Notes: a model not told the origin generated them from the letters alone. Positions 1-8,766 are shown, counted from the stretch's first letter. The stretch is DNA of 32,000 nt from Desulfocapsa sulfexigens DSM 10523 (GCF_000341395.1 NC_020304.1:1920001-1952000), one strand, 5' to 3'. Program-made: numbers and translations.

Positions 1-1179
1 GGTATGCGGGATGAGGCGGAAATTAAAGGACATCGACGCACCTATATTGGATCCATGCCCGGAAAGTTTGTGCAGGCTCTCAAGGTGGTGAAGACCTCTA
101 ATCCAGTGATTATGCTTGATGAAATTGATAAGATTGGCGCCTCGTTCCACGGAGATCCAGCCTCTGCCTTGCTTGAGGTGCTCGACCCCGAACAGAACGC
201 TGATTTTCTGGATCACTATCTTGACCTCCGGGTGGATCTTTCAAAGGTTCTCTTTATATGTACCGCCAATCAGCTTGACACTATCCCCGGGCCATTGCTT
301 GATCGGATGGAAATCATCCGTCTTTCAGGATATATAACTGAAGAAAAAATTACTATTGCCAGGAATCATCTTTGGCCGAAGGCATTGCAAAAAGCCGGGT
401 TGAAAAAGAAACAATTGAAGATCAGTGATGCCGCCTTGAGGCTTCTTGTCGAAGGATATGCTCGAGAGGCTGGCGTCCGTAAAACAGAAAAGCATCTGTT
501 GAAGATTGTGCGGAAAGCTGTAGTTCGGTTTCTTGAAGATCCTGAGCTTCTTCTTTCGGTAACTGTAAACAACATCGAAGATTTCTTAGGAAAGCCATTT
601 TTTAAAAAGACATCCCGCATCGAGGGCATAGGGGTTATTACAGGACTTGCCTGGACTGCCCTGGGCGGAGTCACTCTTGCCGTGGAGGCTACAGCTGTGC
701 CAAGTGAGCGTACGGGGTTTAAGCAAACCGGGCAGCTCGGTGATGTAATGCGGGAATCTTCTGAAATAGCCTACAGTTTTTTGCTGTCCAATGCTGCACG
801 GTATGGAGTCAATAAGGAGTTTTTTAAGAAACATTTTATTCATCTCCATGTTCCTGAAGGGGCCACGCCAAAAGATGGTCCAAGTGCTGGTGTGACTATG
901 GCATCTGCTTTGCTCAGCCTTGGTATGGGAAAAAAGGTTAAACGGAATCTTGCAATGACAGGAGAGTTAACCCTTACTGGGATAGTACTCCCGGTTGGAG
1001 GTATTAAGGAAAAGGTGATCGCGTCTAAACGAAATGGTATTAACGAATTGATCTTACCGGAGGCGAACCGTGATGATTTTGAAACTCTGCCCGACTACAT
1101 TAAGGAAGGATTCACGGTGCATTTTGCTGAAAAGTATGATCAGGTTGCAAAGGTGATCCTGTCGGCATTGAAAGGCTGA
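1..1179 (+). CDS. lon: Lon protease, C-terminal portion (5' end lies outside the window)
   Basis: Frame is open from the window edge. Shows 'GHRRTYIGSMPG', Walker B 'IMLDEIDK' and the proteolytic-domain catalytic Ser motif 'PKDGPSAGV'. TGA stop at 1177-1179. Confidence 0.95.
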   Translation, partial: GMRDEAEIKGHRRTYIGSMPGKFVQALKVVKTSNPVIMLDEIDKIGASFHGDPASALLEVLDPEQNADFLDHYLDLRVDLSKVLFICTANQLDTIPGPLLDRMEIIRLSGYITEEKITIARNHLWPKALQKAGLKKKQLKISDAALRLLVEGYAREAGVRKTEKHLLKIVRKAVVRFLEDPELLLSVTVNNIEDFLGKPFFKKTSRIEGIGVITGLAWTALGGVTLAVEATAVPSERTGFKQTGQLGDVMRESSEIAYSFLLSNAARYGVNKEFFKKHFIHLHVPEGATPKDGPSAGVTMASALLSLGMGKKVKRNLAMTGELTLTGIVLPVGGIKEKVIASKRNGINELILPEANRDDFETLPDYIKEGFTVHFAEKYDQVAKVILSALKG

Positions 1180-1182
1180 GGA

Positions 1183-1629
1183 ATGAAGAAGACAAGTAGA
1201 AATAACATATTACTGGCTCTCTTTGCCTTGGTTATTTACCTGCTGGCACAGCAGGGGGAAAATTTTTCAGACATTGCCACTGTCGTTCCCGGGGGATCTG
1301 AAACGACAGTGGAAGCAGCCTTTGCCAATCAGCAAAGTGATTTACAGATTCAGGGTCGTGGGATTGTGAAAAAGGTTCTTCCTGATGATCGTGAGGGGAC
1401 GCAGCATCAAAAGTTTATTTTACAGGTAGATCCTGACCAGACAGTACTTGTGGCCCATAATATTGATGTGGCGGCCAGACTGGAAGGGCTGGAAGCAGGG
1501 GACACCGTGGAGTTCTATGGTGAGTATGAGTGGACAGCACAGGGTGGTGTTATTCATTGGACGCATCGTGATTTAGATGGCCGTCACACAGACGGTTGGT
1601 TGAGATATAATGGAAAAACATACCAGTAG
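1183..1629 (+). CDS. Small membrane-anchored or periplasmic protein, DUF3465-like
   Basis: 148-aa ORF starting 4 nt after the lon stop. N-terminal hydrophobic segment 'ILLALFALVIYLLA'. The 'HQKFILQV...GGVIHWTHRD' pattern is what I recall for DUF3465 proteins. Confidence 0.5.
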   Translation: MKKTSRNNILLALFALVIYLLAQQGENFSDIATVVPGGSETTVEAAFANQQSDLQIQGRGIVKKVLPDDREGTQHQKFILQVDPDQTVLVAHNIDVAARLEGLEAGDTVEFYGEYEWTAQGGVIHWTHRDLDGRHTDGWLRYNGKTYQ

Positions 1630-1975
1630 CGTGTTCCAAAGAAGAGTTGTCAACAGTTTTGGCTTTTCTTTGCAGGGTTTGCAGGCAACCTTCAGGGAAG
1701 AGGAGGCTTTCAGGGTGGAAATTATTCTGGCAGCCATGCTGATTCCCCTCGGATTGTTTCTTGGTGATAGCGGAACTGAAAGAGCGCTGCTTATTGGTAG
1801 TGTCTTTCTTGTTTTGATTGTTGAAGTCATGAATTCTGCAATTGAAAGCGTGGTGGACAGGTTCGGTGGTGAACAGCATGATCTTTCAGGCCGTGCCAAG
1901 GATCAGGGGTCTGCTGCTGTTTTTCTGTCGCTTATGCTGGTGGTGTTGGTATGGGCACTCCTGCTGCTATTTTAG
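1610..1975 (+). CDS. dgkA: Diacylglycerol kinase (prokaryotic DgkA family)
   Basis: 121 aa with three hydrophobic segments. Family motifs 'MNSAIESVVDR' and 'GRAKDQGSAAV' are present. Overlaps the upstream gene by 20 nt. Confidence 0.85.
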   Translation: MEKHTSSVFQRRVVNSFGFSLQGLQATFREEEAFRVEIILAAMLIPLGLFLGDSGTERALLIGSVFLVLIVEVMNSAIESVVDRFGGEQHDLSGRAKDQGSAAVFLSLMLVVLVWALLLLF

Positions 1976-1999
1976 TGTATAAGAAAGTTTTTTGTGTCC

Positions 2000-2326
2000 T
2001 TACGATAGTAAAAAACCAGAAATCCAATAGAGTCCCATTCCAATGAGGACAGTTCCTCCAAGACTTTTTGTTTTCACGGCAAAAAGAAGGGTGGGAATGG
2101 CCACTAGAAATTCGGGTTTTCCGATCTCCAGAGAACGGGATGCCTGATCAGTGAAGAGAATTGGGGCAAGCAGGGAACAGAGGATTGCAACGGGGATCAG
2201 GCTTAGCCATTCAACCAGCCATTTCGGCAGATCTCTCCGGGCCAGAAAAAAAAGCGGTAACCAGCGGGGAAGATAGGTGACAAGACCCATCCCGGCAAAC
2301 AGGAAAAGATAGTCGGGAAAACTCAT
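2000..2326 (-). CDS. azlD: AzlD-like branched-chain amino acid transport protein
   Basis: 108-aa very hydrophobic ORF. Its start overlaps the stop of the upstream AzlC-like gene by 4 nt, the typical azlCD arrangement. Confidence 0.7.
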   Translation of the reverse strand: MSFPDYLFLFAGMGLVTYLPRWLPLFFLARRDLPKWLVEWLSLIPVAILCSLLAPILFTDQASRSLEIGKPEFLVAIPTLLFAVKTKSLGGTVLIGMGLYWISGFLLS

Positions 2327-3036
2327 GTGTGTTTCTCTCTATACTGTTTGAAAAAATATCCAAATGTTGCAGCAGTGATGGAGCCTCCTATTATGTAGCT
2401 GTCACCGGGAATAAGCAGATACCACGCCACACTGATGCCAAGAGCCGCTATTCCGGTGAGTACGTAGACAATATTGTGAAGTTGGAAGAGTAAAAGAGCC
2501 AGAAACATTGCCGTGAGCGCGTAATCCGTGCCAAAAGCTCCCCTGGGAATGAATTGACCAAGTACTGCTCCGCAGACAGTAGAGATGATCCAGGTCGTAT
2601 TTGCAAGTTGATTTACGGTAATGGCGCGCTTGTGATCCCAGTTTCCCGTGCGGAAATGGGTCATATTTACAGCGAAACTTTCATCGGTGATACCGTAGGC
2701 AAAAGCGCTTAAAAACAGTCGGCGAATCCCGTTCAAGTGTACTGCCACTGCAGAGCTCATAAGGAAATGGCGCAGGTTGACAACGAAGGTTGTAAAGATA
2801 ATGGACCAGGTCGAGGCACCTGCTGCAAGCATTGCGACGCAGATGAACTGGGCAGATCCTGCAAAGACAAGTATGGACATCATGGCCACTGCCCAGAAAG
2901 GGATAGCTGCCTGAGTGGCCAGTACTCCGAGGGCCAGGCCGATGGGTATGTATCCAAAGCATATGGGCCAGGATGCTGTGGCTCCATCCCAAAACCAGGA
3001 TTCATTTTTGGTGGTGACGTGGGTGTGTTCGGTCAT
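2323..3036 (-). CDS. azlC: AzlC family branched-chain amino acid permease subunit
   Basis: 237-aa polytopic membrane ORF. 'IPIGLALGVLA...FAGSAQF' is AzlC-like. It is coupled to azlD. Confidence 0.8.
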   Translation of the reverse strand: MTEHTHVTTKNESWFWDGATASWPICFGYIPIGLALGVLATQAAIPFWAVAMMSILVFAGSAQFICVAMLAAGASTWSIIFTTFVVNLRHFLMSSAVAVHLNGIRRLFLSAFAYGITDESFAVNMTHFRTGNWDHKRAITVNQLANTTWIISTVCGAVLGQFIPRGAFGTDYALTAMFLALLLFQLHNIVYVLTGIAALGISVAWYLLIPGDSYIIGGSITAATFGYFFKQYREKHT

Positions 3037-3336
3037 CTGTTACCTCGCGCTTCCTTCAGCCCTAATCTTCATGCTAAACACGTGTAGAGTGTTAGTCGTT
3101 CCATATTTTATGGGTTGCCAAAGAGGTGTTTTCATGGCTATAGTAGCAGCTTTTTGGTATTCTGAAAATTTTTTATGTGTTTTTTTTAAACGAGTTTCGT
3201 AAAGGTGTTTTCACTCCTCAAGGAAGCACCATATTGAGTGCCGGAGTATTTACCGCATACCAGTGTTAAAAGAATCTACGCGTGTTGTTTTTGAAAAAAT
3301 ATTTCCCAGAAGACTGGGGATTGATGGAGAAAAATT

Positions 3337-3900
3337 ATGTTTGCAGCTTCTGATTTACGTAAAGGGCTTAAAATTCAAATTGATGGTCAGCCATATATTA
3401 TCACCAATTTTGAATTCTCTAAACCAGGTAAGGGCCAGGCCCTGTATCGTTGCAAAATGCGCAACATGATAACAGGGAATCAATTCACCCAGACCTATCG
3501 CTCCAATGAGAAATTTGAAAAACCGGCTCTTGAAGAGCGTAACATGGAGTATCTGTATAATCAGGGTGATGAGTTTCACTTTATGGATACCGAGAATTAC
3601 GAGCAGACATTTATTACCAGAGAGCAGCTTGGTGAGAATGTTAATTTTCTGCAGGACAACATGAAGCTGGATGTTTTGTTTTTTGACAATAAACCAATTG
3701 GTGTCACACTTCCTATTTTTGTTAACCTTATGGTTACAGTGGCAGAACCCTGGGCAAAGGGTGATACTTCTGGAAATGATACCAAACCTGTGACTGTGGA
3801 GACCGGTTATAGCCTTCAGGTTCCGCCGTTTGTTGTTGAAGGTGACAAAATTCAGATTGACACCCGAACCGGGGCATATGTGACCCGAGTAAAAGAGTAA
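3337..3900 (+). CDS. efp: Translation elongation factor P
   Basis: 187 aa, starting 'MFAASDLRKGLKIQIDGQPYII', with the modified-lysine loop 'SKPGKGQA' and full-length EF-P architecture. Confidence 0.95.
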   Translation: MFAASDLRKGLKIQIDGQPYIITNFEFSKPGKGQALYRCKMRNMITGNQFTQTYRSNEKFEKPALEERNMEYLYNQGDEFHFMDTENYEQTFITREQLGENVNFLQDNMKLDVLFFDNKPIGVTLPIFVNLMVTVAEPWAKGDTSGNDTKPVTVETGYSLQVPPFVVEGDKIQIDTRTGAYVTRVKE

Positions 3901-3906
3901 TATTCA

Positions 3907-4797
3907 GTGCTTGATCAACAGAGGCTGCAACTTCGTGCAGCCTTTTTTCAGGCAATTCGCATTTTTTTTCAGGATCTGGGGTTTCTTGAAGTTGATACTC
4001 CTGTTCGCCAGCCACTTGTTATCCCGGAACAGAACATAGCTCATGTTCCTTCGGGAACGCATTTTCTGCAATCCTCCCCGGAATTATATATGAAGCGTTT
4101 GCTCGCTTCCGGTTGCGAACGGATCTTTCAGATTTGCCGTTGTTTCAGATATGGCGAACATGGCAGGCTGCATCTGGAAGAGTTTGTGATGCTGGAGTGG
4201 TATCGACTGGACGCAGATTACAATGATTTGATGTTGGATTGTGAGCAGTTGTTCCAGTTTTTAGGGACAGAGGTGGCGGGTTGCCATTTCCCTGTTTCTC
4301 TCGCTGGACAATGGGACCGTATCACGGTGGAGCAGGCATTCCAAAACTATTGCCCGGTTTCAGTAAATCAGGCGTTACAGGAGGATCGTTTTGATCTCCT
4401 GTTGGTGGAACATATTGAGCCCCATTTAGGGGGCAATATTCCCACCTTCCTTTATGATTATCCTCTTGAGCTAGCATCTCTTGCACGTCCTAAAGCAAGT
4501 CAGCCTGAAGTGGCTGAACGGTTTGAGCTGTACATGAGCGGAATCGAGTTGGCCAACGGCTTCTCCGAACTTACGGATTCTGTGCAGCAAAGAAGTCGTT
4601 TTGAAGAAGAATTTAACAAAATGGGTCTCCGTGACAGAGCACAGAGGAAAATGCCGGAATTCTTTCTGCGAGACCTGGAAAAGATAGATAGGGCAGCAGG
4701 GATTGCCATGGGGCTTGACAGACTATTTATGCTTCTTGCTGGTCAGGACAGTCTTGCTACTGCGGTTACATTCTCGCCGGATGAGCTTGATATGTAA
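3907..4797 (+). CDS. epmA: EF-P lysine-34 lysyltransferase (EpmA/PoxA/GenX, truncated LysRS paralog)
   Basis: GTG start 7 nt after efp. Class II aaRS-like motifs 'SPELYMKRLL', 'FRYGEHGRLHLEEFVMLEWY', 'ERFELYMSGIELANGFSEL' and 'GIAMGLDRL'. Confidence 0.85.
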   Translation: MLDQQRLQLRAAFFQAIRIFFQDLGFLEVDTPVRQPLVIPEQNIAHVPSGTHFLQSSPELYMKRLLASGCERIFQICRCFRYGEHGRLHLEEFVMLEWYRLDADYNDLMLDCEQLFQFLGTEVAGCHFPVSLAGQWDRITVEQAFQNYCPVSVNQALQEDRFDLLLVEHIEPHLGGNIPTFLYDYPLELASLARPKASQPEVAERFELYMSGIELANGFSELTDSVQQRSRFEEEFNKMGLRDRAQRKMPEFFLRDLEKIDRAAGIAMGLDRLFMLLAGQDSLATAVTFSPDELDM

Positions 4798-4820
4798 GAT
4801 GATTGTTGAATAGAATCCCT

Positions 4821-4850
4821 TTGACGTTGCACGGTTGATTGTGATAAAAT
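4821..4850 (+). promoter_or_regulatory. Possible sigma70-type promoter for the UGA-containing small ORF
   Basis: TTGACG at 4821-4826. 16-18 nt downstream is TGtGATAAAAT (4841-4850), which resembles an extended -10. Sequence pattern only. Confidence 0.3.
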
Positions 4851-4938
4851 TTCTCAAGTGAAGGATCGGTCTGTCAGGCCGAACCTGTTTTGTCTTTTTC
4901 ATAGGGAAAAGGACTTACTTTACATTTGGAGATGAACC

Positions 4939-5271
4939 ATGAACACAAAGGAACTGAAAAAGATCCTTGCTGGAATCGGTGTCGTTGGCCTGTTGGCTGG
5001 TGGCGGCATCGCTGTTCCGGGGAGTGCCGGGGCAAGCGGTTGAGGTGGCACCAAGCCCAGTGCAGTTGGCACTGAAGAAAAACCTGCCCCAGGCAGTGGT
5101 TGAGGCGGAACTAAAGACGGCGCAGTTAGCGTCGAAGAACATGTGGAAAATGCGGGAGAAGCTGCAGAAGCTGTAGAGGGTGCCGTAGAAGAGGTAACAC
5201 CCGAACCAGCAGGTAGTGGCTGAGGCGCAAGTAAACCCGACGCAGGTAGCGTCGAAGGTGTCAAGGAGTAG
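4939..5271 (+). CDS. Candidate secreted or membrane-anchored selenoprotein with three in-frame UGA (Sec) codons, 110 codons
   Basis: GGAG lies 7 nt upstream of ATG 4939. N-terminus 'MNTKELKKILAGIGVVGLLAGGGIAVPGSAGA' looks like a signal peptide. The frame is open to TAG 5269-5271 except TGA at 5041, 5101 and 5221. Each TGA sits in a repeated context: GSG-U-GGTKPSAVGTEE, GSG-U-GGTKDGAVSVEE, GSG-U-GASKPDAGSVEG. A hairpin follows each TGA and a strong terminator follows the ORF. Confidence 0.6.
5058..5074 (+). promoter_or_regulatory. Putative bacterial SECIS-like hairpin 1
   Basis: CAGUGC-AGUUG-GCACUG, a 6-bp stem with a 5-nt loop containing GU. Starts exactly 14 nt after UGA 5041-5043. Confidence 0.55.
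5118..5134 (+). promoter_or_regulatory. Putative bacterial SECIS-like hairpin 2
   Basis: CGGCGC-AGUUA-GCGUCG, a 6-bp stem with one G.U pair and a 5-nt loop. Starts exactly 14 nt after UGA 5101-5103. Confidence 0.55.
5238..5254 (+). promoter_or_regulatory. Putative bacterial SECIS-like hairpin 3
   Basis: CGACGC-AGGUA-GCGUCG, a 6-bp stem with a 5-nt loop. Starts exactly 14 nt after UGA 5221-5223. Confidence 0.55.
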
Positions 5272-5331
5272 GTACTCCCAAAAGAGCGACTGAAGTGCTT
5301 GGTATTTAGGTTTGGTCGCACCTGTTGATAT

Positions 5332-5372
5332 AAAAAAAGCCGATCATGATAGTTTTCATGGTCGGCTTTTTT
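5332..5372. terminator. Bidirectional rho-independent terminator between the convergent small ORF and ygiQ-like gene
   Basis: AAAAAAA-GCCGATCATGA-TAGTTT-TCATGGTCGGC-TTTTTT. The stem is 11 bp with one wobble. An A-run flanks it on one side and a T-run on the other. Confidence 0.8.
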
Positions 5373-5402
5373 GTTGTTTCCGGGAAACTCAGACGGATTG
5401 AG

Positions 5403-7205
5403 CTATTTTCGGCGCTTTACTGAGTGCTTATGTGGTCGTTGCTTTTTGTGGCCGCTATTTTTTGGGGAAGAATTTTTGGGAAGGAGGTGCTGCTCCAGGA
5501 TCCGCCGTTGTTTCATGCGTTCAGATTGCCCACGGGCAACAAAAATAGGTTTTTCTGTGTCACGATGAAGACCGGTTACATACATGGCTGTAGCCAGTGT
5601 CCCCGGAGTTGGGGTGAAGTCTTGAAATTGTCTCAGTTCCAGGCCAAGCTTTTGCAGCGTTTTGGCCATATTTGCAGTGTGCGATTCTTTGCATCCCGGA
5701 TGGGCCGAAATAATGTAGGGGCTGAAGTGGGCCTCTTTGTTAAGCTCACGGCTAAGAGTACGACCAAGTTCCAGGAATCTCACTAACTGTTCGCTGGATT
5801 CTTTGTGCATGATATCGAGAACTTCCTGCTCTGTGTGTTCCGGGGCGATTTTTAAAATACCCGGGGTGTGGGTACGGATGATCTCTTTAAACAGTTTTGG
5901 AGTCAGACAGAGGAGTTCCAGGCGTAGACCAGATGAAATAAAGACATTGCGAATCTCTGGCAGGGCTGCCACCTCTCGTAATACAGCAAGGAAGGCTTTT
6001 TCGTTCACCTCAAGATTTTTACAGACCTTTGGGTAGAGGCAGTCGTGCTTCTTACAGGAGCCGATTCGACAGGAAACGCCATAGAGGTTTGCGGTGGGGC
6101 CGCCTATGTCAGTGATGGTTCCTGCGAAATTTTTCATATTGCTGACAGCTTTAGCCTCACGAAGAAGAGACTCTTTGCTGCGACTGCTTATGGCAGGTCC
6201 CTGATGACGCGTGATAGCACAAAAAGAGCAGTTTCCGGAACATCCTCGAACTGCTGTGAGCGAGTGCTGGATCATTCTCGCTGCAGGAACATTCGGAAAG
6301 GCGGGGTGTTCACAGCGTGTATAAGGTAGCTCGTAAAGCTTATCCAGTTCCGGGGTGCTCAGTTGTGGCGGTTGTGGTTGCTGGATAATCCATGAGCTCT
6401 GCTGCCTTTGGATTAATTGTATGTCCCCATAGCTTCTTGCCTGGGCATCTATCGTTTTTTCAGCTCTGAGAAACAGGGCGTCATTTTGCTGAATCTCCTG
6501 CCAGGAAGGAAGGAAAATTCTCGACTTCTCGTCATGTTGGCGCTGCTGAAACACTTGGTCGCTGAGTCGTTCACAGGTTCCTGCAATAGATGAGAGATCA
6601 AGCCCCTTGTCCAGTCGCCTTGCAATCTCAAGAACTGCCTGTTCTCCCATGCCATAGACAAGCAAATCCGCCTTTGCATCACTGAGGAGCGATCCGCGGA
6701 GTTTCTTCTGTTTATAGTCGTAATGAATAAAACGACGCAGAGATGCTTCCACCCCACCAAGTATTACAGGAACATCTTTGTAGGCAGAACGGGCAAGATT
6801 GCTATACAGCATGGAGGCTCGATCCGGCCGTCGTCGTGAGGTCTTTTCTCTCTTTTTGTCAAACCAGGGATTGCCATCCGGGGAATAAGAATCTTTTTCC
6901 CGTACTTTGCCATTACCGGTGTAGTTGGCTACAACGGAATCGAGATTTCCCCCGGTAATACCAAAGAAAAGACGTGGTCTTCCAAACATTTTAAAATCGG
7001 TGTTGTCACTATATCGTGGCTGGGCAAGAATGGCCACGCGGTACCCCTTACTTTCCAGAAGTCTGCCAATGAGCGCAACTCCGAAAGAAGGATGGTCCAC
7101 ATACGCGTCTCCTGTGACGAGAACGATATCAAGTTCATGCCAGCCACGTGCGTCACATTCTTTTTTTGTGGCTGGTAAGGGTGAAATTGGGTCAGCTGGT
7201 TTCAT
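5403..7205 (-). CDS. ygiQ: YgiQ family (UPF0313) radical SAM protein
   Basis: N-terminal 'LDIVLVTGDAYVDHPSFGVALIGRLLE' and the CX3CX2C cluster motif 'GCSGNCSFCAI'. I chose the start at the Met of 'MKPADPI' (7205), which is preceded by GGAG. The ORF is open to 7244. Confidence 0.85.
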   Translation of the reverse strand: MKPADPISPLPATKKECDARGWHELDIVLVTGDAYVDHPSFGVALIGRLLESKGYRVAILAQPRYSDNTDFKMFGRPRLFFGITGGNLDSVVANYTGNGKVREKDSYSPDGNPWFDKKREKTSRRRPDRASMLYSNLARSAYKDVPVILGGVEASLRRFIHYDYKQKKLRGSLLSDAKADLLVYGMGEQAVLEIARRLDKGLDLSSIAGTCERLSDQVFQQRQHDEKSRIFLPSWQEIQQNDALFLRAEKTIDAQARSYGDIQLIQRQQSSWIIQQPQPPQLSTPELDKLYELPYTRCEHPAFPNVPAARMIQHSLTAVRGCSGNCSFCAITRHQGPAISSRSKESLLREAKAVSNMKNFAGTITDIGGPTANLYGVSCRIGSCKKHDCLYPKVCKNLEVNEKAFLAVLREVAALPEIRNVFISSGLRLELLCLTPKLFKEIIRTHTPGILKIAPEHTEQEVLDIMHKESSEQLVRFLELGRTLSRELNKEAHFSPYIISAHPGCKESHTANMAKTLQKLGLELRQFQDFTPTPGTLATAMYVTGLHRDTEKPIFVARGQSERMKQRRILEQHLLPKNSSPKNSGHKKQRPHKHSVKRRK

Positions 7206-7329
7206 AGTTGCTCCTATCTTAACTGTGCAAATAGCTTTGTGCAAACAGGATTATGATCCTTGCCTTGTTTCCTTGATCGGAACCCGTTAAACTGGTTCAC
7301 ATTAAAATTATTTTACCTACGAGGTGGCC

Positions 7330-8766
7330 ATGAATATAGAGACATATCTGGAAGTTTTGAGAAAAGAGGTGGCAAACTACCAGGTACCGGTTGTGGATTT
7401 GATTGCGGTACAGACTAAAGATCCTTTCAAAGTACTGGTTGCGACAATTCTTTCAGCAAGAACCAAGGACGAGGTGACTGCTGAGGCGTCTGAGCGACTT
7501 TTTAAGCAGGGAGGGACCGTTGAGGATCTGGCAAAAATTGATGTAGCAACTCTTGAAAAGATTATTTTTCCGGTGGGTTTTTATAAAAATAAGGCAAAGT
7601 ATCTTGCTGCCCTGCCAGATAAGCTGGCGGCTGATTTTGGCTCAAAGGTACCGAATACCATGGAGGGATTGTTAACCCTACCCGGGGTGGGCAGAAAAAC
7701 TGCCAATCTTGTGCTTGCCCAGGCTTTCGGAATTCCAGCAATCTGCGTGGATACTCATGTACACAGAATTATGAATATATGGGGATATGTTGAGACTAAA
7801 ACGCCCGAGCAGACCGAAATGGCCCTCCGTAAAAAACTACCTGAAAAATACTGGATACTGGTAAACTCCCTACTGGTAGCCTTTGGTCAGGGAACCTGCA
7901 GACCTGTGGGGCCTCACTGTGATCGGTGTGTACTCGCTGAAAGCTGTTTGCGTCGTGGGGTGAAACCAAGGAAACCCAGGAAAACCGGCAAAAGCAACGA
8001 GGTGCTTCGTCTTGTTTCCTGGAATGTGAACGGATTACGGGCAGTGTTTAAGAAAGGGTTTATGGAGAGCCTGGTGGAGATGGCCCCGGATGTCCTCGGT
8101 TTGCAGGAAATCAAGGCAACGGTTGAGCAGCTACCGACGGAACTGCAGAGTCTTCCAGGGTATCATAGTTTTTTCTACAGTGCTGATCGTAAGGGCTATT
8201 CAGGAGTTGTAACCTACACTAAAGAAAAACCCGAGAATGTTATAAGGGGGATTGGTGATAGCCGTTTTGACTCGGAAGGGCGGGTGTTAACTCTTGAATT
8301 TTCTAACTACTTTTTTATCAATTGTTATTTCCCAAATTCCAAACATGATTTAAGCAGGTTGGATTTTAAACATGATTTTAATGTGCGTCTTCAGGAGTTT
8401 GCAGAGGAGCTGGCTGTCATAAAATCGGTGGTGATTTGTGGGGACTTTAATGTGGCACATAAAGAGATTGATCTTGCCAATCCTCGTCAAAACCGGAAAA
8501 ATGCAGGATTTACTCCAGAAGAGTGTGCGTGGATGGACGATTTTACTGCTGCCGGGTGGATTGATAGTTTTCGTATGAAAAATAAAGAACCTGATCAGTA
8601 CTCGTGGTGGAGCTATCGGAGTCGCGCCCGGGAACGAAATATTGGCTGGAGAATTGATTATCACTGTGTGGACAAGAAAAGCAGGAAAAGAATTGTGGAT
8701 GTAGATATCCTGCAACATATACATGGGTCCGATCACTGTCCAGTTGTACTTGATTTCACCCGCTAA
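7330..8766 (+). CDS. Fusion protein: endonuclease III-like DNA glycosylase/AP lyase (N-terminal) plus exodeoxyribonuclease III/AP endonuclease (C-terminal)
   Basis: N-terminal half has the HhH 'LLTLPGVGRKTANLVL', 'VDTHVHRI' and the 4Fe-4S loop C-x6-C-x2-C-x5-C ('CRPVGPHCDRCVLAESC'). A basic linker 'KPRKPRKTGK' follows. C-terminal half has 'LVSWNVNGLRA', 'QEIK', 'CGDFNVAH', 'GWRIDY' and 'SDHCPV'. ATG 7330 has GAGG 5 nt upstream; GTG 7324 is also possible. Confidence 0.85.
   Translation: MNIETYLEVLRKEVANYQVPVVDLIAVQTKDPFKVLVATILSARTKDEVTAEASERLFKQGGTVEDLAKIDVATLEKIIFPVGFYKNKAKYLAALPDKLAADFGSKVPNTMEGLLTLPGVGRKTANLVLAQAFGIPAICVDTHVHRIMNIWGYVETKTPEQTEMALRKKLPEKYWILVNSLLVAFGQGTCRPVGPHCDRCVLAESCLRRGVKPRKPRKTGKSNEVLRLVSWNVNGLRAVFKKGFMESLVEMAPDVLGLQEIKATVEQLPTELQSLPGYHSFFYSADRKGYSGVVTYTKEKPENVIRGIGDSRFDSEGRVLTLEFSNYFFINCYFPNSKHDLSRLDFKHDFNVRLQEFAEELAVIKSVVICGDFNVAHKEIDLANPRQNRKNAGFTPEECAWMDDFTAAGWIDSFRMKNKEPDQYSWWSYRSRARERNIGWRIDYHCVDKKSRKRIVDVDILQHIHGSDHCPVVLDFTR

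Noticed and set aside
4939-5271. Alternative readings of the three in-frame TGAs: UGA reassigned to Gly/Trp, or a decayed pseudogene.
   Set aside because: TGA terminates lon, the response regulator and the ABC gene in this same window, so there is no genome-wide reassignment. Three nonsense mutations landing in the identical GSG_GG context, each with a hairpin at +14 nt, is implausible for random decay. This remains unproven without Sec-machinery and conservation checks.
4915-5321. Minus-strand ORFs of 75 and 133 aa (Pro/Ser/Thr/Ala-rich), and the +-strand ORF 4967-5176, overlapping the UGA-containing gene.
   Set aside because: They are low-complexity antisense or off-frame translations of a Gly/Ala/Ser-rich coding region, and I saw no SD. 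The 133-aa minus ORF would start inside the region just before the terminator. The SD, signal peptide and hairpin logic fits only the + frame from 4939.
5424-7290. Several 70-120-aa + strand ORFs inside the ygiQ-like gene, and similar shadow ORFs inside azlC, the ABC gene, the kinase gene and the Mur-CapA gene.
   Set aside because: They are fully nested antisense or off-frame within long ORFs that have strong family motifs. Their compositions are typical of shadow ORFs.
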